Assembly: GCA_045644145.1 (NCBI GenBank)
Contig: JAZRGK010000016.1
Coordinates: 7,767 to 71,766 of the forward strand
Source of the DNA: Candidatus Flemingiibacterium sp.
GTDB lineage: Bacteria > Bacillota > Clostridia > Oscillospirales > CAG-272
Length of the DNA: 64,000 nucleotides
Reading direction: 5' to 3'
Shown here: one piece after another, positions 1 through 7,084 of the stretch
Numbering within the stretch: the first letter of the stretch is position 1
Layout of the letters: every line of letters begins with the position of its first letter
Notes under the pieces: generated by a model
What the model was told of the DNA's origin: nothing
Seen by the model: only the letters and a program-made list of their open reading frames with translations
The model's database searches: none
Position numbers and translations under genes: made by a program

Positions 1-106
1 AGCTCGAAGAAAAACTCTCGGCAGCAACTTTTTCGTAATCGATTTCTTCTGTCAAGTTGGCCTCGATGTAATCAATGGCTTTTTGCATTCCGGTAATCCA
101 ATCCAT
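1..106 (-). CDS. AraC-family transcriptional regulator, N-terminal fragment (gene runs off the left edge)
   Basis: Minus-strand ATG at 106-104 with AGGAGGG 7 nt upstream. It reads MDWITGMQKAIDYIEANLTEEIDYEKVAAESFSSS to the window edge. This N-terminus is typical of AraC/GyrI-like effector-binding regulators (from memory). Only 35 aa are visible. Confidence 0.55.
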   Translation of the reverse strand, partial: MDWITGMQKAIDYIEANLTEEIDYEKVAAESFSSS

Positions 107-354
107 TCTTCATCCCTCCTGTCTGTCTATATTTTATCAGAAAGCGTTCTAAAAATCCCGACATTCTGTGCGAAGATATATCGGATATATTATATCATAT
201 TATGGAGAATTTTACAAGTCTTTTCCGTTTCCCCGACGCTTGCGTCTGGGGCAAGCATAGCGCGTGGCAGTCCACTGCACGAAATCGGGCAGTAGCCCGA
301 ACCCACTAAAAAGCAAGACCTTTCAGCCTTGCTTCAGTTTGTGTTCAATTCGCC

Positions 355-540
355 ACCCAATTACGCCGAAGGCGTGCATGTAATTGCGACGCAATGCGTA
401 TGGAATCATCACGAAGTGATGGATGGAATCAAGCCGCAGGAAGAGACATATGCACGCTTGCACGTGATGCCATACGCCTTCGGCGATTCCATACAATGCG
501 CAAGCGCATTGATTCCATGCCAAGCCTGCGGCTTGGATAA
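355..540. repeat. Cluster of short GC-rich palindromic units with four copies of ATGGAATC/GATTCCAT
   Basis: Stem-loops: acgcc-gaa-ggcgt 363-375, attgc-gac-gcaat 383-395, atcac-gaa-gtgat 408-420, cgcc-ttc-ggcg 475-485, caatgcgc-aa-gcgcattg 494-511, ccaagcc-tgc-ggcttgg 520-536. ATGGAATC occurs at 400-407 and 423-430. Its complement GATTCCAT occurs at 485-492 and 511-518. Confidence 0.6.
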
Positions 541-579
541 AAAGAAACATCCGAACTAAAAAAGTTCGGATGTTTCTTT
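541..579 (-). terminator. Rho-independent terminator of the tRNA-Met/tRNA-Glu operon (structurally bidirectional)
   Basis: Perfect 16-bp stem aaagaaacatccgaac/gttcggatgtttcttt with a 7-nt loop. A/T runs flank both sides. It starts 3 nt after the tRNA-Glu 3' end on the minus strand. Confidence 0.75.
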
Positions 580-581
580 TT

Positions 582-656
582 TGGTGACCCGTACGGGAAT
601 CGAACCCATGTTACAGCCGTGAAAGGGCCGTGTCTTAACCGCTTGACCAACGGGCC
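582..656 (-). tRNA. tRNA-Glu (anticodon UUC)
   Basis: The reverse complement is GGCCCGTTGGTCAAGCGGTTAAGACACGGCCCTTTCACGGCTGTAACATGGGTTCGATTCCCGTACGGGTCACCA. Acceptor GGCCCGT/ACGGGTC, anticodon loop CTTTCAC, T arm ATGGG-TTCGATT-CCCGT, encoded CCA. It closely matches the canonical Firmicute tRNA-Glu pattern. Confidence 0.9.
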
Positions 657-684
657 ATATCCCCGACCTATTGGCCGAGAAAAA

Positions 685-761
685 TGGTAGCGGAGATTGG
701 ACTTGAACCCATGACCTACCGGGTATGAACCGGTTGCTCTAGCCAGCTGAGCTACTCCGCC
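685..761 (-). tRNA. tRNA-Met (anticodon CAU, elongator-type)
   Basis: The reverse complement is GGCGGAGTAGCTCAGCTGGCTAGAGCAACCGGTTCATACCCGGTAGGTCATGGGTTCAAGTCCAATCTCCGCTACCA. The 77-nt cloverleaf has D stem GCTC/GAGC, anticodon stem ACCGG/CCGGT and loop TTCATAC. There is one G:A mismatch in the T stem and a G1-U72 wobble. A CAU anticodon could also mean a lysidine-modified tRNA-Ile2. Confidence 0.75.
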
Positions 762-800
762 ATATTGATTTGATGCGCTCTGCAATTACAGCGCCTAATT

Positions 801-829
801 ATTATAGCACAAGTAATCTTGTTTGTCAA
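801..829 (-). promoter_or_regulatory. Sigma-A type promoter of the tRNA-Met/Glu operon
   Basis: Minus strand: TTGACA (829-824), 17 nt spacer, TATAAT (806-801). It lies about 40 nt upstream of tRNA-Met. Confidence 0.6.
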
Positions 830-1105
830 TAGTTTTTTGAAAAATATTTTTGCCTATTTTTAGATTATATTGCATATAAGGTATTGATTTTTTTTCCTGT
901 TTGTGATATCATAATGATGGTGATTATTTTTATAAAAACACAGAGTAGATTCTGATGCGTAAAGTGTCCCATGAACGGGGAGTTGTCTTGGGAACGAAAG
1001 GCGTATTGTCTGCGGTATCAGATTCGCATCCCGCTGTTGCATAACGGAGATATCTCCTGCATGTGGCAAGAACGGAATGACTGTCATCAGGAGGTATTTT
1101 TATTT

Positions 1106-2242
1106 ATGAAATTTAAAGATCTTCGAAAAGAACCCATCTACAAAACTCCATTTTCCGCCGCATATTGGAAAGATGCCGCTTCCCAACTTTTTGATGTGCG
1201 CATACTTTGTGCCGCGGCTATACTCATTGCTATGCGTGTGGCATTAAAATCTTTATGGATACCTGTAGGCCCTGAACTTAATATTACTATCGGATTCTTT
1301 GTGAACGCGCTCGGCGCATCTATGTTCGGCCCGATAGTTGCTGTTATCGCTGCAGCTATAAGTGATACACTCGGATGTGTTTTGTTCCCGTCCGGTCCGT
1401 ATTTCTTTCCGTTTATCTTCGTTGAAATAGCAGGTTCGCTTATTTTTGCGCTGTTTTTATGGCGTGCAAAGCTGTCCGCTACCCGCATAATTCTTTCGCG
1501 CTTTAGTGTGGTTGCAGTATGTAATTTTATACTTAATCCATCTATTATGATATGGTATTACGCATGGCTTAATAACGGCGGTACATACGCATTTGTTACC
1601 GTACCTCGCGTGGTGAAGAATCTTGCGCTGTTTCCGGCGGAAGCGCTGCTTCTTGTAATATTTCTTGGCGCAATGATACCTGTTCTTGTAAATCTGCACT
1701 TGATTCCAAAGGCGCAGAGCGGCGATACAGTAATATCTAAAAAGCATTTTATATTGCTTGCCATACTGTTCGTTATCGCCCTTCTTATAGTTCTCGGGTA
1801 TTACTTTATGTTCCTTCCCACACAGCCTCAGTCAGCTTCGCTTACTGACAGCGGTATAAAGGTTACAGTAAAATCCGACCGTCGTACATATGATGCGGAT
1901 GATATAACAGCTGAAACTCCCATTAAGCTTACCGCTACGCTTAAAAATAACAGCAAAACGGATGCCCTCATGCAGGATGGGGCAGAGCAGATACTGCTCC
2001 TTAAACTCATCCCCCTCGGAGAGGGCGAAACCGTAGTTTTGCCTGCAGAGCTTACCTCGAAGGGAGATTTGACGTCGGTTGCCGCAGGTGAGTCGGTCAG
2101 CGTTACAGCTATATATTACTTTGATGCAGAACAGCTTGAGGCGCTGTACAGAGGTGACTATCACGTTCTTGCCCAAGCGGTGGTTACCGTAGACGGTGAG
2201 GGGCTGCTTGTATGCCCTACACTGAATGTTAAGCTTAAATAA
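1106..2242 (+). CDS. ECF-transporter S-component-like membrane protein (folate-family type) fused to a C-terminal extracytoplasmic beta-rich domain
   Basis: 378 aa counted from ATG 1106. GGAGG lies 11 nt upstream, and the ORF is open from 971, so the start is uncertain. The N-terminal ~270 aa has the S-component pattern (WIPVGPELNITIGFFVNALGASMFGPIVAVIAAAISDTLGCVLFPSGPYFFPF...). A ~140-aa soluble tail follows after LPTQPQSASL. Confidence 0.65.
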   Translation: MKFKDLRKEPIYKTPFSAAYWKDAASQLFDVRILCAAAILIAMRVALKSLWIPVGPELNITIGFFVNALGASMFGPIVAVIAAAISDTLGCVLFPSGPYFFPFIFVEIAGSLIFALFLWRAKLSATRIILSRFSVVAVCNFILNPSIMIWYYAWLNNGGTYAFVTVPRVVKNLALFPAEALLLVIFLGAMIPVLVNLHLIPKAQSGDTVISKKHFILLAILFVIALLIVLGYYFMFLPTQPQSASLTDSGIKVTVKSDRRTYDADDITAETPIKLTATLKNNSKTDALMQDGAEQILLLKLIPLGEGETVVLPAELTSKGDLTSVAAGESVSVTAIYYFDAEQLEALYRGDYHVLAQAVVTVDGEGLLVCPTLNVKLK

Positions 2243-2249
2243 TAACACA

Positions 2250-2286
2250 AATGACTGCCGCACTGCGTCACGGTGTGGCAGTCATT
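2250..2286. terminator. Hairpin between convergent genes (candidate bidirectional terminator)
   Basis: 10-bp stem aatgactgcc (2250-2259)/ggcagtcatt (2277-2286) with a 17-nt loop. The T-tracts are weak. Confidence 0.45.
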
Positions 2287-2325
2287 CTGCGTTATACGGT
2301 TGAGTCTTGTTTATGAGGAAGCAAG

Positions 2326-3612
2326 TTACTTGATAATTTTTGACAGCATCTGCACTGCCGCTCCGCGTGTTACAGAAGCGTATGCGCTGATGTTGCCGCT
2401 TCCCGTGCCGCGGAGAATCCCTGCTTCATATAAGCCATTCAGTGCACTGCGCGCCCATGCGGGAACAGCATCGCTGTCGGCAAATACCGCTATCTCACCG
2501 CCGGCGCTGATGCCGGTAAGTCTGGAAACTATTACTGCTGCCTCGGAGCGCGTTATCTGATTGTTGGGGTAAAAACGTCCGCCAGCACCGTCGATTACGC
2601 CAAGTGCTTCGGCGGCGGCTATAGCGCCTTTATATTCTGTGGGGATATCCCCGTCATCCGCAAAGCCTGTGGTGTTGACGGAAAATCCGCTGTAGCCTGC
2701 CGCTCTCATCGCAAGGTTTAGAAATTCCGCACGGCTAAGGTATTCATCGGGATAGAACATCGCCCCGGCTGTCGGGGTATCAATAACCCCCGAACGAACA
2801 CAAGATATAACGGCGGCATTTGCCCAATGACCGCTCATGTCGGCGAAAATTTCGCTGTCAGACGGAATTTCTACATTGATTGTTATTTTTGCAGGTGCGG
2901 AGCGGTTGCCGTACTTGTCTGTCACGCAAACGGTGAAGCTGTCTTTACCCGTGTAAGCGCTGTCTGCGGTGTATTCGTAGTATCCGCGAGTGGAGTCAGT
3001 GAGCTTTATACTGCCGTTTGCGGGCGATGAAAGAATCTCGAAGCGGAGAGGATCGCCCTCAGGGTCGGTGGCAGGAATAGTTCCAAGGTGAACAATTCCT
3101 GCATATGCATCCGCCGTGTGTGAGGTGTGTATGCTTTCGGTAGTATTTATTACGGGAGCAATATTTACATTTTTTGTAGTGTACACGGTGCAGGTATAGA
3201 CCGGTCCTGAAAGATCGGAGCCGCGGCAGAATTTGAATACGGCGGCGAGCTCGTCGTTTCCGAACGGCACAAATTTAAGGGAATCAATAGCTCGCTCGGA
3301 GATAGTCTGCCCCACCTCAACATACCGTGAGCCAAGCTGCAGACGTCCCATTGTGGGTTCTGGCAGGCTTGCAACGGTTATTTTTCCCACAGATTCCACT
3401 CCAAGTGCCATGGATAACTCCTCGGCGGAAAAATAGATGTCCGTGCCTACAAGGCCGTTTGTTGCTACGGTATAATCTCCGCAAATGATATCAAGAGCAG
3501 GAGAAAGCTTTGAGTTTGCACGGACAGGCGTCACACTGCCGATAAGCAGCATGGCACAGAGGGCTATTATTACTCCGCGTGCAAGCTTTGCGGATTGGTT
3601 GTACAGTTTCAT
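2326..3612 (-). CDS. Cell-surface protein: signal peptide, cadherin/Ig-like domain, three C-terminal SLH domains
   Basis: 428 aa from ATG 3612, with GGAGG 5 nt upstream. It has an N-terminal hydrophobic signal (GVIIALCAMLLIGSV). A DPEGDPLRFEILSSPANGSIKL...YTGKDSFTVCVTDKYGNRS motif marks a cadherin-like repeat. The C-terminus carries SLH repeats (FADMSGHWA..., FADDGDIPTEY..., FADSDAVPAWA...). Confidence 0.8.
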   Translation of the reverse strand: MKLYNQSAKLARGVIIALCAMLLIGSVTPVRANSKLSPALDIICGDYTVATNGLVGTDIYFSAEELSMALGVESVGKITVASLPEPTMGRLQLGSRYVEVGQTISERAIDSLKFVPFGNDELAAVFKFCRGSDLSGPVYTCTVYTTKNVNIAPVINTTESIHTSHTADAYAGIVHLGTIPATDPEGDPLRFEILSSPANGSIKLTDSTRGYYEYTADSAYTGKDSFTVCVTDKYGNRSAPAKITINVEIPSDSEIFADMSGHWANAAVISCVRSGVIDTPTAGAMFYPDEYLSRAEFLNLAMRAAGYSGFSVNTTGFADDGDIPTEYKGAIAAAEALGVIDGAGGRFYPNNQITRSEAAVIVSRLTGISAGGEIAVFADSDAVPAWARSALNGLYEAGILRGTGSGNISAYASVTRGAAVQMLSKIIK

Positions 3613-3749
3613 AAAAACCTCCATAATGAAATGAATGTAAAATGTATCTCACGCTCCTATTTTTGCCCTGCCGCGGAGGTTTATTCGTGTTTTTGTAAAG
3701 AATTATCATTACAAGTAAAAAAAATCTTAAAAATTATCACTTTAGTATA

Positions 3750-3778
3750 TTGAAATCTGCTTGCAACTGTTGTATAAT
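3750..3778 (+). promoter_or_regulatory. Sigma-A type promoter of ilvE
   Basis: TTGAAA (3750-3755), 17 nt spacer, TATAAT (3773-3778). The start codon is 37 nt downstream. Confidence 0.55.
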
Positions 3779-3814
3779 AATTATAATGTATTTATTTTTT
3801 GGAGGAATAACGAA

Positions 3815-4885
3815 ATGTTAGATATTAAAATTGAGAGAACAACAGCACCCAAGGCAAAGCCTGATTGGGATAAACTCGGATTCGGAAATTACTATTCCGA
3901 TCACATGTTTTTGATGAATTATACCGAGGGTAAGGGTTGGCATGATGCGCGCATCGTGCCTTATCAGAATTTCTCCCTTGATCCTGCAACCATGGTGTTC
4001 CACTATGCGCAGGAAATTTTTGAAGGCCTTAAGGCATACCGCACTCCCGACGGCTCTATTCAGATGTTCCGTCCCGACAAGAACTTTGAGCGTATGAACC
4101 GCACCAATGAGCGTATGTGCATCCCTGCAGTTAATGTTGAGGACTGCATTACCGCGCTTAAGGCTCTTATCGAGATCGACAGCGATTGGGTACCCGTAAA
4201 GGATGGCACATCTCTTTACATTCGTCCGTTTATCATTGCAACAGACGTTCATCTTGGCGTTCATGTATCAAAGACTTACCTCTTTGCAATCATCCTTTCT
4301 CCCGTAGGCTCTTACTACGCGGCAGGAATCAATCCCGTTAAGATTTTCGTTGAAGACGAGTATGTACGCGCTGTAAAGGGCGGCACCGGATTCACAAAGT
4401 GCGGCGGTAACTATGCTGCATCCCTTATCGGTCAGGCAAAGGCTGAGAAGCTTGGCTATGCTCAGGTGCTTTGGCTTGACGGTATCGAGCACAAGTATAT
4501 CGATGAGGTTGGCGCTATGAATGTATTCTTCGTTATCGACGGAGAGGTGATTACTCCCACCACCGAAGCAGGCTCCATCCTTCCCGGCGTTACCCGTATG
4601 TCCTGCATCGAGCTTCTTAAGAGCTGGGGCGTAAAGGTAAGCGAGCGCCGTCTTTCCATTGATGAGGTTACAGAGGCGTACAAGGCAGGCAAGCTTAATG
4701 AGGCATTCGGTACCGGTACAGCCGCAGTTATCAGCCCTATCGGCGAGCTTAACAAGGGCGGCGAGAAGATGATAATTAACGACGGAAAGATCGGTGCAAT
4801 CGCACAGAAGCTTTATGACAATCTTACAGGAATTCAGTGGGGCAAGCAGGCGGACACTCTCGGTTGGACTGTAAAGGTTAAATAA
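3815..4885 (+). CDS. ilvE: Branched-chain amino acid aminotransferase
   Basis: 356 aa with a GGAGGA RBS 8 nt upstream. The full-length class-IV aminotransferase pattern is present (KPDWDKLGFGNYYSDHMF, YAQEIFEGLKAYR, GGTGFTKCGGNYAASL). Confidence 0.9.
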   Translation: MLDIKIERTTAPKAKPDWDKLGFGNYYSDHMFLMNYTEGKGWHDARIVPYQNFSLDPATMVFHYAQEIFEGLKAYRTPDGSIQMFRPDKNFERMNRTNERMCIPAVNVEDCITALKALIEIDSDWVPVKDGTSLYIRPFIIATDVHLGVHVSKTYLFAIILSPVGSYYAAGINPVKIFVEDEYVRAVKGGTGFTKCGGNYAASLIGQAKAEKLGYAQVLWLDGIEHKYIDEVGAMNVFFVIDGEVITPTTEAGSILPGVTRMSCIELLKSWGVKVSERRLSIDEVTEAYKAGKLNEAFGTGTAAVISPIGELNKGGEKMIINDGKIGAIAQKLYDNLTGIQWGKQADTLGWTVKVK

Positions 4886-4893
4886 TATTTTAA

Positions 4894-4934
4894 GGAGCTG
4901 CCGCACAATGTGTGTCGGCAGCTTCTGCTTTTGC
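4894..4934 (+). terminator. Rho-independent terminator after ilvE
   Basis: Stem ggagctgccg (4894-4903)/cggcagcttc (4916-4925) with a 12-nt loop, followed by tgcttttgc. Confidence 0.6.
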
Positions 4935-4953
4935 AAAAAAATCCGTTACGGCA

Positions 4954-4983
4954 TTGACATTTGCAGGGTGATGGGTGTATAAT
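4954..4983 (+). promoter_or_regulatory. Sigma-A type promoter of the SulP gene
   Basis: TTGACA (4954-4959), 18 nt spacer, TGTATAAT extended -10 (4976-4983). Confidence 0.6.
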
Positions 4984-5030
4984 GTTAAGTGCTTGATTTT
5001 TAGTACATATCAGTAAAAGAGGATACATCA

Positions 5031-6686
5031 ATGGTAAAGAATTATTTCAACATGCTCCGAAGTGAGTTCTCGGGTTACAATGTTTCAAAGCTCATAAAAG
5101 ACCTTCTTGCAGGACTTACTGTAGCGGCGGTGGCGCTTCCCCTTGCACTTGCATTTGGTGTTGCCAGCGGAGCAACTGCAGCGGCAGGTCTTGTTACCGC
5201 AATTATCGCAGGCATCGTGATAAGTGCACTTTCCGGCGCATCATTCCAGATATCCGGTCCTACCGGTGCAATGAGCGCAGTGCTTATAACCATTGCGGCA
5301 AATGAGGCTATCGGACTTAACGGAGTTTTCCTTGTTTGCCTTATGGCAGGCATACTTTTACTTATCTGCGGCATATTCCGTCTTGGAAAGCTTATTTCTC
5401 TGATACCGCGTCCGGTAATTACAGGCTTTACTTCCGGTATTGCCGTGATTATTGCTCTCGGTCAGGTGGATAATTTCTTCGGTACGGTTTCAGAGGGAAG
5501 CTCGGCTGTGGAAAAGCTTGCTTCGTATGCTTCGCTTGGATTTAAGCCCCATTTGCCCACTATGCTTTTAGGTCTTATTGTTGTAGCCATTATGATTATT
5601 TGGCCGAAAAAGTGGAATGCCAAGTTCCCGTCGTCGCTGGTTGGAATAATTGTAGCTACCGCGGTTTATCTTATCTTCCGTTTCGAGGGCGTTGCAACTG
5701 TAGGTGAGATACCGAAGTCGCTGTTCCTTGAGGACCGACTTTCATTTGCGGGATTCAATCTTGACATGTTCACGGCACTGCTTCCGTCGGCTATCACCGT
5801 GGCGGCGCTTGGAATGATAGAAAGCCTTCTTTGCGGTGCGTCGGCTTCGAGAATGAAGAACGAGCCATTTGATGCAAACATAGAGCTTTTCGGTCAGGCG
5901 GCAGGAAATATTATAATTCCCCTTTTCGGCGGTGTGCCTGCAACGGCGGCTATTGCCCGTACCAGCGTTGCAATTAAATCCGGAGCACAGACAAGACTCA
6001 CCGGTATATTCCACGCACTGTGGCTGGTTGCGGCAATGTTCCTTCTCGGCGGAATCATGGCGCTTATTCCAATGCCGGCGCTTGCGGGCGTGCTCATGGT
6101 CACCGCATGGCGCATGAATGAATGGCACGCAATAAAGCATATGTTTGGAAAGAAATTCATCGGTGCGATTCTTCAGTTCCTCATTACCATGGTATCGACG
6201 GTCATTTTTGATCTTACTATAGCTATTATTATCGGTATTGTGTTCTCCATCCTCGTATTTGTAAAGAACGCGGCGCGCCTTGATGTGGCATCAGCTAAGG
6301 TTGATGCGGCAAGACTTGCGCCTAAGGGAACGCTTGGTGAAGGTCACGAGGACAGCGTTGTTGTTTATATTACGGGTGAATTATTCTTCGCTAACACAGG
6401 AAAGCTTTTGAATATGCTTTCCCAATATGCTGAGCGTGAGATAATCCTTTCGCTCCGTGCTGTTCCGGATATTGATATATCGTCGCTTGAGATTCTTGAA
6501 GAGTGGTGCAGTGAGGCGCGTGGCGCAGGAAAGCGCGTGCTTCTTTGCGGTATGAACGATAAGATAGCTCTTACAATGCGCCACGCCGGTATATATGATA
6601 AGCTGGGCGAGGATTGCTTCTACGCGACCATTGATAGGGCGCTTATTGCCGATATGTGCAGTGACGTGGCGGTTGCGTCGGTATAA
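5031..6686 (+). CDS. SulP-family inorganic anion transporter with C-terminal STAS domain
   Basis: 551 aa with an AGAGGA RBS. The multi-pass membrane N-terminus has a SulP signature region (SGPTGAMSAVL, GQAAGNIIIPLFGGVPATAAIARTSVAIKSGAQTR). A soluble STAS-like tail follows (VVVYITGELFFANTGKL...). Confidence 0.85.
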   Translation: MVKNYFNMLRSEFSGYNVSKLIKDLLAGLTVAAVALPLALAFGVASGATAAAGLVTAIIAGIVISALSGASFQISGPTGAMSAVLITIAANEAIGLNGVFLVCLMAGILLLICGIFRLGKLISLIPRPVITGFTSGIAVIIALGQVDNFFGTVSEGSSAVEKLASYASLGFKPHLPTMLLGLIVVAIMIIWPKKWNAKFPSSLVGIIVATAVYLIFRFEGVATVGEIPKSLFLEDRLSFAGFNLDMFTALLPSAITVAALGMIESLLCGASASRMKNEPFDANIELFGQAAGNIIIPLFGGVPATAAIARTSVAIKSGAQTRLTGIFHALWLVAAMFLLGGIMALIPMPALAGVLMVTAWRMNEWHAIKHMFGKKFIGAILQFLITMVSTVIFDLTIAIIIGIVFSILVFVKNAARLDVASAKVDAARLAPKGTLGEGHEDSVVVYITGELFFANTGKLLNMLSQYAEREIILSLRAVPDIDISSLEILEEWCSEARGAGKRVLLCGMNDKIALTMRHAGIYDKLGEDCFYATIDRALIADMCSDVAVASV

Positions 6687-6698
6687 AAGGAGTGGTTT

Positions 6699-6899
6699 TT
6701 GGTGAAGATAACACTTAATCCCGATGCAGAAATTGTGAGAGCTGTCAAAGAGGGGCTTGAAGCCAAAGGCGGATACTGCCCCTGTAGGCTTGAGCGCAAT
6801 GAAGACAACAAATGCATGTGTAGGGAGTTCAGAGAGCAGATTGCGGACCCTGGCTTCGAGGGTTATTGTCACTGCCTTTTGTACTATAAGTCGAAATAG
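6699..6899 (+). CDS. Ferredoxin-thioredoxin-reductase catalytic-subunit-like small Cys-rich protein
   Basis: 66 aa. It begins 12 nt after the SulP stop with a TTG start (or GTG at 6702) after AAGGAG. Cys motifs CPC...CMC...CHC match the FTR-beta pattern (from memory). Confidence 0.6.
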   Translation: MVKITLNPDAEIVRAVKEGLEAKGGYCPCRLERNEDNKCMCREFREQIADPGFEGYCHCLLYYKSK

Positions 6900-6971
6900 G
6901 GGTATAGGATTTAGCCGTAAAGCAGATATCAAAGAGCTGTTAAACCCCTGACGCACCAATCTGTAAATGAT

Positions 6972-7006
6972 AAAGGAGCCAAAGCACACAGTGCGGCGGC
7001 TCCTTT
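6972..7006 (+). terminator. Candidate terminator after the FTR-like gene
   Basis: 9-bp stem aaaggagcc/ggctccttt with a 17-nt loop, then aagtttt. Confidence 0.4.
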
Positions 7007-7022
7007 AAGTTTTCCCTGAAGA

Positions 7023-7051
7023 TTGACAAACAGGCAAATATATAGTATAAT
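7023..7051 (+). promoter_or_regulatory. Sigma-A type promoter of the MBOAT operon
   Basis: TTGACA (7023-7028), 17 nt spacer, TATAAT (7046-7051). Confidence 0.65.
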
Positions 7052-7084
7052 TATGTAAGATTTAATCACAAAAAGGAGCTTATC

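Noticed and set aside
355-540. Sequence homology between block 355-540 and block 55107-55272 (shared words ATTCGCC, TTGCGACG, ACGCArTG)
   Set aside because: A shared 8-mer between two ~200-nt regions on either strand is expected about once by chance. Only the organisational grammar, not the sequence, is comparable, so I do not call them copies of one element.
323-559. 75-76-aa ORFs open on both strands across the hairpin mosaic
   Set aside because: Both are open only because the DNA is quasi-palindromic. Neither has an RBS or family resemblance, so they are treated as non-coding.
429-785. 118-aa minus-strand ORF
   Set aside because: It reads straight through tRNA-Glu, tRNA-Met and their terminator.
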